Of a stretch of DNA of 64,000 bases, positions 26,969 to 37,391 are shown piece after piece. This DNA comes from Saprospiraceae bacterium (lineage in GTDB: Bacteria > Bacteroidota > Bacteroidia > Chitinophagales > Saprospiraceae), in assembly GCA_016787575.1 (NCBI GenBank), contig JAEUUO010000036.1:1266-65265 (forward strand), given 5' to 3'. Under the pieces are notes generated by a model. It saw only the letters and a program-made list of their open reading frames with translations. It was not told where the DNA came from and did no database searches. Positions within the stretch are counted from its first letter, which is position 1, and each line of letters begins with the position of its first letter. A program made the translations under genes and the position numbers.

Positions 26969-27943
26969 TTATTTCAATTTTAACGTTGATGTTCCGGCTA
27001 AATATCCTTTGTTGAATACTTCAATCTGATATACCCCAGCGCTGAATCCACCAGGATTTTTAAACTTGCAACAAATTTCCTTTTCATCATGTGCATAGGC
27101 TGCAATAGCGACGGTAGAATATTTAATCGTCTCGCCATTGGCATCGTTGCGAATAATTCCGGATCCTTCAGATTCAATAGCCTGAGTTTCTCCGGTTGGA
27201 TTTATTATGCGGACATAGAATTTTTCACTTCCTGCTTCAGCATTTTTATTGACGCTTGTTTTAAAACATACTTCAACAAAATCAGTTTCATTGGCCCTTG
27301 AAACAGATTTTGGTTTTTTGCCTTCGCGGTTTTGATAAGCATCAGCATTTATTTTTTGCACCGGAATTGAAGTGGCGCGATTTACTTTTCTGCTAAGTTG
27401 ATCCTTTTCTTTAGACAGACTTTCTTTTTCGCTGCTTAAGCTGGATTTTGCTTCTGATAGTTGTTGGTTTTCAGCAGATTTGGTTTGTAAATCTTTGGTA
27501 AGATTTTCTTTGTCAGACATTAAGGCTGAATTTGTGGAACTGAGACTGGCATTTTCAGATTTCAAACGATTGATTTCTGTTATGTACTCTTGTGTTTTGA
27601 TACGCATAGATTCCATTTCTTTGCGTGCAATTGCAAGGTTTTTACTGTCTTTTAACAAGCCGGTTACTTTTTCTTTTTGAATGCGGAGGTCTTCCTTCTG
27701 AGCATCAATAACTTTGTTTAACTCTTCGTTATTGGTTTTCATGTCATTCAAATCGCTTACTGCTTGTTGATATTCTTTATCCAGTTTGGCTTTAGCATCT
27801 TCTAATTGCACCAATTCGTTCTCTTTTGATAAATTATCTTTTTGCAAATTGGAGTTGTTTACAAATTGGTAAACATTCAAGCCGAATAATCCTACCAATA
27901 GGATAATTACAAGGGCTTTGATACTTTGATTGGAATTGGCCAT
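26969..27943 (-). CDS. membrane-anchored coiled-coil protein, unknown function
   Basis: Start set at M36 (ATG at 27943), just before the TM helix. The tracked start at 28048 would abut the divergent gene. Confidence 0.5.
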   Translation of the reverse strand: MANSNQSIKALVIILLVGLFGLNVYQFVNNSNLQKDNLSKENELVQLEDAKAKLDKEYQQAVSDLNDMKTNNEELNKVIDAQKEDLRIQKEKVTGLLKDSKNLAIARKEMESMRIKTQEYITEINRLKSENASLSSTNSALMSDKENLTKDLQTKSAENQQLSEAKSSLSSEKESLSKEKDQLSRKVNRATSIPVQKINADAYQNREGKKPKSVSRANETDFVEVCFKTSVNKNAEAGSEKFYVRIINPTGETQAIESEGSGIIRNDANGETIKYSTVAIAAYAHDEKEICCKFKNPGGFSAGVYQIEVFNKGYLAGTSTLKLK

Positions 27944-28049
27944 ATCTAATTGTTTTTGTTTATGTGTAAAAATAAGAGCTTTAACGGTAAATTTCTTAAT
28001 TTTAGTTTCTGATTTGAAAAAATCAGGGTAAACCCTGATTGATAACATT

Positions 28050-28766
28050 ATGGAACTATCTAATATATTATTTATTGATATTGAGACTGTAAGTCAATAT
28101 CAGGCCTATGAATCGCTTGATTTACAATGGCAATCTATGTTCGAAAGAAAGATTCGCTACTTTCAGGAAAAGGAGCCTGATAAGTCACCCGGGCAATTGT
28201 ATATGGACAAAGCAGCCATCTATGCGGAGTTTGGAAAGATCGTTTGCATAGGTTTGGGTTTCTTTCACAAAGGCCAACTTCGAATAACAACTATTTGTGG
28301 AGATGATGAACGCGAATTGATCGATAAATTCTTTCAAATTGTGCAGAGCCACTTTAACAATCCGGATAAGCATTTCATCTGCGGCCACAATATTAAAGAG
28401 TTTGATGTACCGTATATCTGTCGGCGGGCTTTGATTCAAGGAATCCCATTGCCTGCATTATTTAATATTTCATCTAAAAAACCCTGGGAATTAAAATACC
28501 TGCTCGATACCTTGGACATGTGGAAATTTGGCGATCAGAAAAATTATGTTTCCCTGGAATTGTTGACAGCCTGCTTTAATTTAGAAACTTCCAAATCTGA
28601 CATTGATGGATCCATGGTAGGCAAGGTCTATTACGAAGACCGGGACTTTAATCGCATTGCAGAATATTGCTCAAAAGACGTTTGGGTTACAGCCAATGTC
28701 TTTTTGAAAATGAATTTAAAAGAAACGGTTCCGATTGAATCCGTGCATTTTACAGATTCTAAGTAA
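28050..28766 (+). CDS. DEDDy 3'-5' exonuclease (PolB-exonuclease-like, RNase H fold)
   Basis: ExoI FIDIETVS, ExoII GHNIKEFDVPYI, ExoIII YCSKDV. Confidence 0.65.
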   Translation: MELSNILFIDIETVSQYQAYESLDLQWQSMFERKIRYFQEKEPDKSPGQLYMDKAAIYAEFGKIVCIGLGFFHKGQLRITTICGDDERELIDKFFQIVQSHFNNPDKHFICGHNIKEFDVPYICRRALIQGIPLPALFNISSKKPWELKYLLDTLDMWKFGDQKNYVSLELLTACFNLETSKSDIDGSMVGKVYYEDRDFNRIAEYCSKDVWVTANVFLKMNLKETVPIESVHFTDSK

Positions 28767-28862
28767 CTAATACATTATCAAAACAATTATTCGTGTAATC
28801 CATTCACAATGAATGGATTGGACTTTATCTTTACCTAAGACGAATCGATTGAATCCCCCGCT

Positions 28863-29756
28863 ATGAAAAGCTATCTTTTACTCACACTCCTTTGTTTTAT
28901 TGGCGTTTCTGCCAATTCACAAAAATGTATTGATACAGTTGCAAATGGTTTGACATTAATTAGTAAAACCTATGTATCTGGCAATGATTGTAATTTTAAA
29001 ATAAAATTTTGCATTCGGAAAGTAAGCGAACAAGCGCATCACATCGTCTATACCATCAAGTACAGTTACGGAACTTTGACACGTACCATTTATGTTTCCA
29101 ATGTAGCAGTTGGTTCTGTGATATGCGAAGTATTTGAATTTACTGGCAACTGCAGTTCGACTGCTTATTGTGCAGCACATGGCAAAACAGTGAATCACAC
29201 CCTCTGCGGTGCAGTTGATGAACAAATCATCCTGCCTATAAAATTGGTAAGTTTCAGTGCTGAAAATACTGCCAATGGATTGGTAGCATTGAAATGGCAA
29301 ACCGCTACTGAATCCAATGTATCGCATTTTAGCCTTCAACAAAGTGCGGATTCCAAACTGTTTAATGAAATCGCTAAAGTAAAAGCTGTTGGTGAAAGCA
29401 AATCTTTGCAATCATACAGTTACCTGTATAAATCAAATCCAACCGGAAGTTCAAATAAAAGTCAATACTACCGACTTAAAACGGTAGATCGGGATGGATC
29501 AGAAAGTTTTAGTCCAATTGTAAGTATAAAAGATAAAACGAGGAAAAAATTAGAAGTTTATCCAAATCCGGCCTCTCATTACCTTCGTTTAAATGTTCAG
29601 TTATTTGAAGGAAATCCTGTAAAGCTGTACAATATTAACGGAAAAGAAATCCAGTTCCAATATCTGGATGAACAAACAATAAATCTCAGCGAACTGGCTA
29701 ATGGGATTTATTATTTGCAGTATCAAGATGAACTCGTCCGTTTTCTAAAAAATTAG
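28863..29756 (+). CDS. secreted protein with T9SS C-terminal sorting domain
   Basis: Signal peptide. C-terminal LEVYPNPASHYLRLN...NGIYYLQ. Confidence 0.65.
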   Translation: MKSYLLLTLLCFIGVSANSQKCIDTVANGLTLISKTYVSGNDCNFKIKFCIRKVSEQAHHIVYTIKYSYGTLTRTIYVSNVAVGSVICEVFEFTGNCSSTAYCAAHGKTVNHTLCGAVDEQIILPIKLVSFSAENTANGLVALKWQTATESNVSHFSLQQSADSKLFNEIAKVKAVGESKSLQSYSYLYKSNPTGSSNKSQYYRLKTVDRDGSESFSPIVSIKDKTRKKLEVYPNPASHYLRLNVQLFEGNPVKLYNINGKEIQFQYLDEQTINLSELANGIYYLQYQDELVRFLKN

Positions 29757-29759
29757 ACC

Positions 29760-29767
29760 TATTTTTG
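29760..29767 (+). promoter_or_regulatory. Bacteroidota -7 box TAnnTTTG
   Basis: TATTTTTG lies 13 nt upstream of the rpe ATG at 29780. Confidence 0.45.
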
Positions 29768-29779
29768 CATTCATTCGAA

Positions 29780-30448
29780 ATGCATTTAATAGCACCATCT
29801 TTACTAAGTTGTGATTTTCTCCGTATCGGAGAAGAAATTGATTGGATTAATCAAAGTCAGGCAGATTGGTACCATCTCGATGTGATGGATGGTCAATTTG
29901 TTCCGAATATTAGTTTTGGATTGCCTGTAATTGCAGCAGTTAAACGCAGGGCAAGCAAACCCTTGGATGTTCATTTGATGATTTTACAGCCTGAAAAATA
30001 CATTTCAGATTTCAGGAAAGCAGGTGCAGATAGCATCAGCGTTCACCTGGAAGCTTGTACCCATTTGCATCGCGTAATTCATCAAATAAAAGAAAGCGGT
30101 GCCCAGGCCGGAGTTGCAATAAATCCACACACTCCGGTGCAGTTGTTGTTTGATGTTTTGGAAGATGTAGATGTCGTTTGTATGATGTCTGTTAATCCAG
30201 GTTTCGGCGGACAAAAATTTATTTACCGCACGTTACAAAAAATAAGAGATCTCAAAGAAGAAATTGTAAAAAGAAACCTTTCTACCAAAATTGAAATTGA
30301 TGGTGGGGTCGGCTTGCAAAACGCAGAAGTCATCCTGAAAGCGGGTGCAGATGTTTTGGTTGCTGGCAATGCAGTTTTTGCTGATCCAAATCCTGCCGAA
30401 GTGATTCATAAGTTGAAATCAATTGCAGTCAATTCTTTTGAATTTTAA
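29780..30448 (+). CDS. rpe: ribulose-phosphate 3-epimerase
   Basis: PSLLSCDF, HLDVMDGQFVPNISFG, MSVNPGFGGQKF, IEIDGG. Confidence 0.9.
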   Translation: MHLIAPSLLSCDFLRIGEEIDWINQSQADWYHLDVMDGQFVPNISFGLPVIAAVKRRASKPLDVHLMILQPEKYISDFRKAGADSISVHLEACTHLHRVIHQIKESGAQAGVAINPHTPVQLLFDVLEDVDVVCMMSVNPGFGGQKFIYRTLQKIRDLKEEIVKRNLSTKIEIDGGVGLQNAEVILKAGADVLVAGNAVFADPNPAEVIHKLKSIAVNSFEF

Positions 30449-30515
30449 GCCGTTTACTTTGTTTAATTGGAACTGCATTACCGGATGTCGTTTGAATGTG
30501 ATTGAATTTAGTGTC

Positions 30516-33008
30516 ATGTTCATGTTTACAGTTTGTAGTTTATTGAAAGTGCAATCACAATCAAATACTTTTTTGGTGAAAGGATTGGTGCTTGACGATG
30601 AGTCAGGTGCACCAATAGAACACGTTACCATATACATTCCGGAGACAAGTTATTTCGCAGAGTCAAAGCAAGATGGAAAGTTTGAATTAACATTACCAGA
30701 TCGAATGGAATGGAACTTAAAATTGAATCGGCTTGGTTTTCAAACAAAAGAACTTCTACTAAATAAATCTGAATTGCATCCTGATTTTATATTAAAAGTT
30801 GTACTTAAAAAATCAGTGAGTAAAGAAATTGAAATTATAGATAGCAAATCGAAGGAAGCTGCCATTGTAAGGGAAAATGCAGAATCCTTTCAATTGCTTC
30901 CAACCGTTAATTCCAATCTTGAAAGCATTCTTCCGGTTATCGGATTAGGCGTGCGGAGCAGTGCGGGAGGAGAGTTGTCATCTCAATACAGTGTAAGAGG
31001 TGGTTCCTATGATGAGAATTTGGTTTTTGTAAATGATTTTGAAGTGTTTCGACCACAGCTGATTCGCAATGGTCAGCAAGAAGGACTTTCATTTCCGAAT
31101 CCCGATTTGATAAAGGAGATAAAATTTTCGTCGGGTGGTTTTGAATCAAGGTATGGTGATAAAATGTCATCTGTGCTCGATATTCGTTATAAAACACCAG
31201 ACAGCCTTAGGGCAAGCACGGTATTAAGTCCATTGGGAGCGAGTGCACACCTCGAAGGGTCAAAGTTTATTTCAAAAAATGCAGTTCAAAAATTTACCTA
31301 CTTATTGGGCGTTCGTTATAAGACTACCAAATATTTATTAAGCAGTTTGGATGTAGAAGGGGAGTATCAACCCAATTTTTTAGACATTCAATCTTTTCTA
31401 ACTTATAGTTTTAATCGACACTGGAAACTATCCTGGATTGGAAATATAAATAAAAGTGTATTTAAATTAATTCCGGAATCTTCCACTGTTGCAAAAGGAT
31501 CTTTTTTTCAAGTAATAAATTTAAATACCGTTTTTGAAGGAGCAGAAAAAGATGTGTTCGAACAAAACATGAGTGGAATTAGTTTGAATTATTTTTCAGA
31601 CAACAAACACAATCCCTATTTTATTAAATTAGTCAATTCAATACACCAAGGCTATGAAGCAGAGCAATTTGACATCATTGGAGCCTATCGGTTGGTAGAA
31701 GTAGAAGCAGGAAATACCGACGAGAAAGGCAAAGAAGTGAAACTCTGGGGAGAAGGAACGCAGCATCTGTACAATCGGGATTTTTTAAATACCCTTGTTT
31801 GGAATCAAGAGTTACGAGCAGGAATTGAATTTAATTTACATTCAACGCAGCATTTTTTACAAGCGGGAGTTTTTTGGAAGAACGAACACATTGAAGACAA
31901 GATCAATGAATGGGAGCGATTGGATTCTGCAGGATATTCACTGCCTTATGATGAAAGTCGATTGGTGTTGAATTATGTGTATAAGACAAAAAATCAATTT
32001 ACCAATAACAGAGCCGGATTTTGGTTGCAGGATGATATGAGTTGCCTGATTTCGAATAAGCAATTATTAAGAATAACGCCGGGACTGCGATTTCATAACA
32101 GCGATTTAAATCAAGAGTCATTTATAAATCCAAGATTAAAGTTGGAATGGATTCCATTGCAACATGATAACAGGATGCATGTTTGGTTAGCAGGTGGATG
32201 GTATTATCAAGCACCTTTTTACAGAGAAATGCGTTTGGTGGATGGCTCATTAAATTTCGACCAAAAAGCTCAAAAATCAAATCAATTGGTTTTGGGTATT
32301 CAAAGAGATTTTCGGATGCCAAAAATCAGTCCGTCCTTGTTCAGATGGATTTCAGAAATCTATTACAAGAACATGTGGGATTTGGTTTCTTATGATTTAG
32401 AAAATGTGCGCATCCGATATTCGGGAATCAATGATTCCAAAGCCTATGCAATCGGATGGGACAATCGGATTTATGGAGAGTTTGTACCGGGAGCAGAATC
32501 CTGGGTAAATATATCCTTTCTAAGAACCCGTGAAAGACTTAATGATATTCAGCACAAAGAGCATGATGCTGCGAATCCAAGTGGAAATGTTATTAAAGAC
32601 GTACCACGACCAACCGATCAGTTGTTTGCTTTGGGAATGTATTTCCAGGATTACTTACCCAAGAACGATCGTTTTAAAATGCATTTAAACATCAATGTTG
32701 CAGGCGGATTGCCCTACGGATTGAAAGGAGATAATCTCATTTTCAGAAATGACAAACGACTCAAAGCCTATCACAGAGTCGATATTGGTTTTTCATTTTT
32801 AATGTGGGATCGCAACACACCAAACAAAGGATTTCGATTTTTGAATTTCACCAGACAAAGTTGGTTGAGTTTAGAAGTGTTTAATTTACTCAAAGTAAAA
32901 AACGAGGCTTCAGTGAGCTGGATAAAATCTTTGTACAATTACCAATTTGCTATTCCAAACTATTTGAGTTCAAGAAGAATCAATTTAAAGCTGCGAGTAG
33001 ATTTTTGA
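30516..33008 (+). CDS. TonB-dependent receptor-like outer membrane protein with CarboxypepD_reg N-domain
   Basis: VKGLVLDDESGAPIEHVTIYI, plug-like YSVRGGSYDENLVFVNDFEV, long beta-barrel, C-terminal ...LKLRVDF. Confidence 0.75.
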   Translation: MFMFTVCSLLKVQSQSNTFLVKGLVLDDESGAPIEHVTIYIPETSYFAESKQDGKFELTLPDRMEWNLKLNRLGFQTKELLLNKSELHPDFILKVVLKKSVSKEIEIIDSKSKEAAIVRENAESFQLLPTVNSNLESILPVIGLGVRSSAGGELSSQYSVRGGSYDENLVFVNDFEVFRPQLIRNGQQEGLSFPNPDLIKEIKFSSGGFESRYGDKMSSVLDIRYKTPDSLRASTVLSPLGASAHLEGSKFISKNAVQKFTYLLGVRYKTTKYLLSSLDVEGEYQPNFLDIQSFLTYSFNRHWKLSWIGNINKSVFKLIPESSTVAKGSFFQVINLNTVFEGAEKDVFEQNMSGISLNYFSDNKHNPYFIKLVNSIHQGYEAEQFDIIGAYRLVEVEAGNTDEKGKEVKLWGEGTQHLYNRDFLNTLVWNQELRAGIEFNLHSTQHFLQAGVFWKNEHIEDKINEWERLDSAGYSLPYDESRLVLNYVYKTKNQFTNNRAGFWLQDDMSCLISNKQLLRITPGLRFHNSDLNQESFINPRLKLEWIPLQHDNRMHVWLAGGWYYQAPFYREMRLVDGSLNFDQKAQKSNQLVLGIQRDFRMPKISPSLFRWISEIYYKNMWDLVSYDLENVRIRYSGINDSKAYAIGWDNRIYGEFVPGAESWVNISFLRTRERLNDIQHKEHDAANPSGNVIKDVPRPTDQLFALGMYFQDYLPKNDRFKMHLNINVAGGLPYGLKGDNLIFRNDKRLKAYHRVDIGFSFLMWDRNTPNKGFRFLNFTRQSWLSLEVFNLLKVKNEASVSWIKSLYNYQFAIPNYLSSRRINLKLRVDF

Positions 33009-33015
33009 GAAGAAA

Positions 33016-33104
33016 AGACCATAGATAAAAAGACCATATACCTAGAGACCATAGACCAAAGGCTAAAGGCTAAAGGCTAAAGGCCATGGGACTAAGAGAC
33101 CATA
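33016..33104. repeat. cluster of short word repeats: AGACCATA x4 and (AAGGCTA)x3
   Basis: AGACCATA at 33016, 33031, 33046 and 33097. AAGGCTA in tandem at 33059-33079. Confidence 0.85.
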
Positions 33105-33189
33105 TTCCAAAGACGTATTTAATCGGTCCTTGGGGAATTGTCCTTTGTCCTTGGTTCATCGTCAACCTAAATTCTACGAGCAATGTTCA

Positions 33190-33290
33190 AAGCTTTTAGC
33201 TTAATATCTTCAAAGCTTAATCGCTTAACCACCTTAACGCCTAACAGTCTAACAGCCTAATAGCCTAATAGCCTAATAGCCTAATAGCTC
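33190..33290. repeat. low-complexity repeat tract ending in (AGCCTAAT)x4
   Basis: agcttaat/cgcttaac/ccttaacg/cctaacag words, then AGCCTAAT in tandem at 33254-33285. Confidence 0.85.
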
Positions 33291-33339
33291 CTATTAACAA
33301 TTTACCATTCACAATTAACAACTATCCACAAATTCTTTC

Positions 33340-33347
33340 TATATTTG
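33340..33347 (+). promoter_or_regulatory. Bacteroidota -7 box TAnnTTTG upstream of rpsP
   Basis: TATATTTG, followed by a leader of about 70 nt before the ATG at 33420. Confidence 0.45.
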
Positions 33348-33419
33348 CAGCCCTTAAAGTCGGCCCTGTCTGTTTTCAGAGTAGGTCGATTTAGGTCTAA
33401 ACTTTTAAAAATTTAACAA

Positions 33420-33869
33420 ATGGCCGTTAAAATCAGATTACAGCGTAAAGGACGCAAAAAAGCCCCGTTTTACCACATTGTTATTGCCGACTCCAGATCC
33501 CCACGGGATGGTCGATTTATTGAAAAAATCGGTATTTACAACCCAATTTCTAAGCCTGCTACCATTGATTTGGATAGGGATAAAGCCTTTGAATGGCTGA
33601 TGAAAGGTGCTGAGCCTACAGATACGATCAATGCAATTTTACGTTATAAGGGAGTGCTTTACAGAAAGCACCTCGCTCGTGGTGTAAAAAAAGGAGCACT
33701 GACTCAGGAGAAAGCAGATCAAATGTATCAGGATTGGATCGCTGCAAAAGAAGGTCAAATTGCTTTGAAAGTGGAGGCGAGAAAGAAGGAAATTTCAGAT
33801 TTCCACACTAAATTGAGCGGAGAAGCAAAAGTTAAAGAAACACCTGTTGCTTCTGCTGAAGAGGAATAA
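33420..33869 (+). CDS. rpsP: 30S ribosomal protein S16 (with C-terminal extension)
   Basis: [42 protein letters not shown]. Confidence 0.95.
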   Translation: MAVKIRLQRKGRKKAPFYHIVIADSRSPRDGRFIEKIGIYNPISKPATIDLDRDKAFEWLMKGAEPTDTINAILRYKGVLYRKHLARGVKKGALTQEKADQMYQDWIAAKEGQIALKVEARKKEISDFHTKLSGEAKVKETPVASAEEE

Positions 33870-33964
33870 AATAAGTTTTTTAGTAAATTTATAAGAATAT
33901 AATTTTAAAAATAGAATATTATCTAATTATAATTTCTGTTTTTAATTAAAATTCCAAATTAACT

Positions 33965-34000
33965 GAACCTGGACTGGATTCAAATCTGTCCGGGTTCTTT
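33965..34000 (+). terminator. hairpin plus short T-run downstream of rpsP
   Basis: GAACCTGGAC-tggattcaaatct-GTCCGGGTTC (9/10 bp stem), then TTT. Confidence 0.45.
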
Positions 34001-34026
34001 CATTGAAAAAACATAAATTTAGAAGC

Positions 34027-35415
34027 ATGCAAAGCCTACTTCAAGATTACAAAGAAAGACTGCAGGGGGTCGCCGAATTAATTCAGAGTTCTGATGAATT
34101 AGCTACTTATTTGGAAGAAGAAACTCCTGAACTCTACAAATTACTTCAAGATGCTTATGAGCCCTTGATTGCAGAAATCTATCAGGAAGTAGCGGACAAT
34201 CATCCATTGCAATTGCCTGAATTGGAACAGGTACTCATGAATCCTTTTTTTGAGGGTTTGTTTTTACCGCGTATTCTAGGTTACAATGTGTTGCGTGGCG
34301 AAATCAATGATCAAATTAAATATGCGCGCCCTCAGGAAGCATTTAAAAAAGTTTTAATTGCAATTTCTAATTCAACCAATTTTGATGCCATCCGCCAGCG
34401 AATTGGACAAACCGTCCAATTGGGCTTTGCACTCAGCAGTGATATCTGGATTGCCAATTTGTTGGATAAAGTAGAAAACAAAAAAGTTAAAGCGTTTTTA
34501 CAATCGATGATCCACGATCGTTTTCGGGATTTAGAGGAAAGAAGAAATTTATTGAGCCGGTATAAAAAGCAATTTACTCATTACAATTTTTTATACACCA
34601 GCTTTCCTGAAACAGTTTCAGAATTGAAAATGGAAGCTACGGCTCTTAAAAGTTTTTTGTTAAACCGAATCGCTTTTGGAAACAGCCACGATAGTTATAT
34701 TGATGAAATTCACAAGCTGATTGGTCAGAAGTCATTTTATAAAGAAGCTGAATTTATTGAAATCATAGCTATAATTTCAAATTTTATCAATCTCAATCAG
34801 ACAGAAACACAGCATCTATCAAATGCACTGAACTCTTGCAGATACGAAAACACACAATTCAATCAAATCTATTTTCAGTTTTTAAAGAATTGTTACAAAC
34901 AAAATGTTCATTTTGGACCGGATGCAGATCGTAAGTTTTTTGCTTTGCTCAATAAGAACGAAGGGGACGATTTGATAAAATACTACAACCTCTTGGAAAC
35001 AATTCACTCCAAAGGCTTTATCCATGAAGATGCATTGGATGCCGTGAATGCATTTTATGCACAATACGAAGGAATGTCTATCAACAATGAATGCCTCCGA
35101 TTGGAAATACTTCAATTATTTCACAAAGTGGTCGATAATTTAACAGAACCAGAATACCATTCTTTTTTTGAGTTGCAAAAGACGTTTGCTGATTATATGA
35201 ATACATTCGGAAATTCTGCATTCAATCTGGAAACTGAAAGTATGTGTATGAATTACGTTAAACGCCTGTTGGCTTTCTATAAAGACAAACGAAGTAAGGA
35301 ATATCAGGAAGTTAAAAAAGCGGTTAGCTCCGGTTTTACAGAGTTGGAGTTTTTAACAGAAAAGGAATTGGTTGATTTATTTAAAATCAAGCGTAAAAAG
35401 AAGGAAGTCGAGTAA
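34027..35415 (+). CDS. hypothetical helical protein
   Basis: Long ORF with no recognised motif. ATG 34027 is preferred over TTG 34003, which overlaps the hairpin. Confidence 0.5.
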   Translation: MQSLLQDYKERLQGVAELIQSSDELATYLEEETPELYKLLQDAYEPLIAEIYQEVADNHPLQLPELEQVLMNPFFEGLFLPRILGYNVLRGEINDQIKYARPQEAFKKVLIAISNSTNFDAIRQRIGQTVQLGFALSSDIWIANLLDKVENKKVKAFLQSMIHDRFRDLEERRNLLSRYKKQFTHYNFLYTSFPETVSELKMEATALKSFLLNRIAFGNSHDSYIDEIHKLIGQKSFYKEAEFIEIIAIISNFINLNQTETQHLSNALNSCRYENTQFNQIYFQFLKNCYKQNVHFGPDADRKFFALLNKNEGDDLIKYYNLLETIHSKGFIHEDALDAVNAFYAQYEGMSINNECLRLEILQLFHKVVDNLTEPEYHSFFELQKTFADYMNTFGNSAFNLETESMCMNYVKRLLAFYKDKRSKEYQEVKKAVSSGFTELEFLTEKELVDLFKIKRKKKEVE

Positions 35416-35533
35416 AGTCAAAACATTGACAATTCATCTTTCTTATAAGATTATAATTTAATATATATAGTTTTAATAGCCAATTACTTAAAATTCAATC
35501 AGGAAGCTTTACTTGAATTGAAAAAGCTTTGAT

Positions 35534-35541
35534 TAATTTTG
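35534..35541 (+). promoter_or_regulatory. Bacteroidota -7 box TAnnTTTG
   Basis: TAATTTTG lies upstream of the TTG start at 35570. Confidence 0.35.
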
Positions 35542-35569
35542 TTCAAAGCCCCATCGCAAAAACAACGAA

Positions 35570-36568
35570 TTGGCCACTGACCCAAATATTGTCTATCTTT
35601 TACTTTGGCATCTCAATCAATACAATTGGTTTGAATTGCCAGGGATGGGTCGTTTTACTGCAACCAAGCACTCGGCTTACATTCATCACCTAGAGCAAAA
35701 AATTTATCCGGGTTCGCTTGAGCTTCAATTTGAATCGGGCAGTACAAGCAATACTGAACTTATGCTCAAACAGATGGTCCAGGAAACTGGCTATACCTTA
35801 GATACTTTGGAAGAGCATTTGGCAGCTTTGTGTCAGTTCATTCAAGACTCTTTAAAAAATTCGCAGTCATTTTACTTCGAACCATTTGGTCGTTTATACA
35901 ATCTGAATGGCAATTGGGTGTTTAATCAAAGTGAGCAAAACATCCATCTAGATTTTTATAAATTAGCTCCGTTGCCTTTAAAGCCCATTCAATTTAAGAA
36001 TACGGAAAAGCATATTCCAATTGAAACTAAAATTGCAATTCAAAAACCACAAAAGTCTTTTGAATTTCGTTCGTTGTTGATTGCACTTGGACTCTTATGG
36101 ATTATTTTTCTATGCTTGTACTTTTGTCCGAGTAAAAAAGTGAATACAGATATTGGCAATGGACTGCTGGAAGATAGTGCTAATAGATCCCGCCCTCTTT
36201 CTTTTCAGGATTCATTGAATCAGGATACACTTTCTCAGGATTCACTAGTTGCGATTGCAAACCCTGCAGTAAGCAATGCAGATAGCTTGAAAAATGAAAT
36301 CGCTGTCGATGAATCAAACGTCCATTCTTTAAATGACAGCATTCAAAACAAACCCTGCGTTATCATTGTTGGCTCATTTTTAAAACTTGCTAATGCCAAT
36401 CGTCTTGCAGCTAAATTGCAAAGCAACAACTATGAAGTATATCGTGGAAATTATGAGAGATTTAATAGGGTGGGAGTTCAATTCAATTGCTTTAAAAAGG
36501 ATTTGAAACAAGTTTTAGTAGACTTAAAAAAACAATACCATCCAGATGCCTGGGTATTAAAATATTAA
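35570..36568 (+). CDS. SPOR domain-containing membrane protein
   Basis: Central TM helix. C-terminal CVIIVGSFLKLANANRLAAKLQSNNYEVY...FNRVGVQF is SPOR-like. Confidence 0.6.
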   Translation: MATDPNIVYLLLWHLNQYNWFELPGMGRFTATKHSAYIHHLEQKIYPGSLELQFESGSTSNTELMLKQMVQETGYTLDTLEEHLAALCQFIQDSLKNSQSFYFEPFGRLYNLNGNWVFNQSEQNIHLDFYKLAPLPLKPIQFKNTEKHIPIETKIAIQKPQKSFEFRSLLIALGLLWIIFLCLYFCPSKKVNTDIGNGLLEDSANRSRPLSFQDSLNQDTLSQDSLVAIANPAVSNADSLKNEIAVDESNVHSLNDSIQNKPCVIIVGSFLKLANANRLAAKLQSNNYEVYRGNYERFNRVGVQFNCFKKDLKQVLVDLKKQYHPDAWVLKY

Positions 36569-37390
36569 ATGACTATGAGCAATGAATTAATAAATCGCAT
36601 TCAACAAAAATCTTTGGATAATTTTTTTTTAATTGCAGGACCCTGTGTAGTAGAATCCAAAGATTTATGTGAAGAGATTGCCGGAACTGTTCAACAAATT
36701 TGTTTTGAGTTAAACATTCCATACATTTTTAAAGCTTCTTACCGAAAAGCTAATCGTTCGAGATTGGATTCATTCACTGGAATTGGAGATGAAATTGGTT
36801 TGGAAATTTTGAAGCATATTGCTACTAATTTTAATGTTCCTGTTACTACGGACATCCATACGGATGATGAGGCACATACTGCTGCAGCTTTTGCAGATAT
36901 TTTACAAATCCCGGCCTTTCTTTGCCGGCAGACTTCCTTATTGGTTGCTGCTGCACAAACAGGCAAAGTTGTAAATATCAAAAAAGGACAATTCATGAGT
37001 CCCGAAGGAATGAAATATGCAGTTGACAAAGTAAAGCAAGCTGGTAATCAGTATGCTTGGTTGACCGAGCGTGGCACTACATTTGGTTACCAGGATTTAA
37101 TCGTGGATTATCGGGGCATTCCAGCCATGAAGGAATTTGAAGTACCGGTAATCATGGATTGTACACATTCGTTGCAACAACCCAATCAAAGTTCAGGAGT
37201 TACCGGAGGACGGCCGGATTTAATCGAGACAATTGCCAAAGCTGCCATTGCTGTAGGTGCAGATGGTTTGTTTATTGAAACGCATCCTAAACCGGAAATT
37301 GCAAAATCCGATGGCGCCAACATGCTTCGTCTCGAATATTTAAAGCCACTTCTGGAAAAACTTTGCAAAATTCGAAAAGCCATTGCTTAA
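36569..37390 (+). CDS. kdsA: 3-deoxy-8-phosphooctulonate synthase
   Basis: FFLIAGPCVVES, FKASYRKANRSRLDSFTG, DCTHSLQQPN. Confidence 0.9.
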   Translation: MTMSNELINRIQQKSLDNFFLIAGPCVVESKDLCEEIAGTVQQICFELNIPYIFKASYRKANRSRLDSFTGIGDEIGLEILKHIATNFNVPVTTDIHTDDEAHTAAAFADILQIPAFLCRQTSLLVAAAQTGKVVNIKKGQFMSPEGMKYAVDKVKQAGNQYAWLTERGTTFGYQDLIVDYRGIPAMKEFEVPVIMDCTHSLQQPNQSSGVTGGRPDLIETIAKAAIAVGADGLFIETHPKPEIAKSDGANMLRLEYLKPLLEKLCKIRKAIA

Positions 37391-37391
37391 C

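Noticed and set aside
27990-28049. Overlapping small hairpins (ctgatt/aatcag and atcaggg/ccctgat) in the divergent spacer between 27943 (-) and 28050 (+)
   Set aside because: The stems are short (6-7 bp) and lie in AT-rich promoter DNA. The evidence is not enough to call a regulatory element.
26184-33290. Tandem repeat tracts at 26.2 kb and 33.0-33.3 kb as CRISPR arrays
   Set aside because: The units are only 7-8 bp, directly tandem and without spacers. No cas genes are present.
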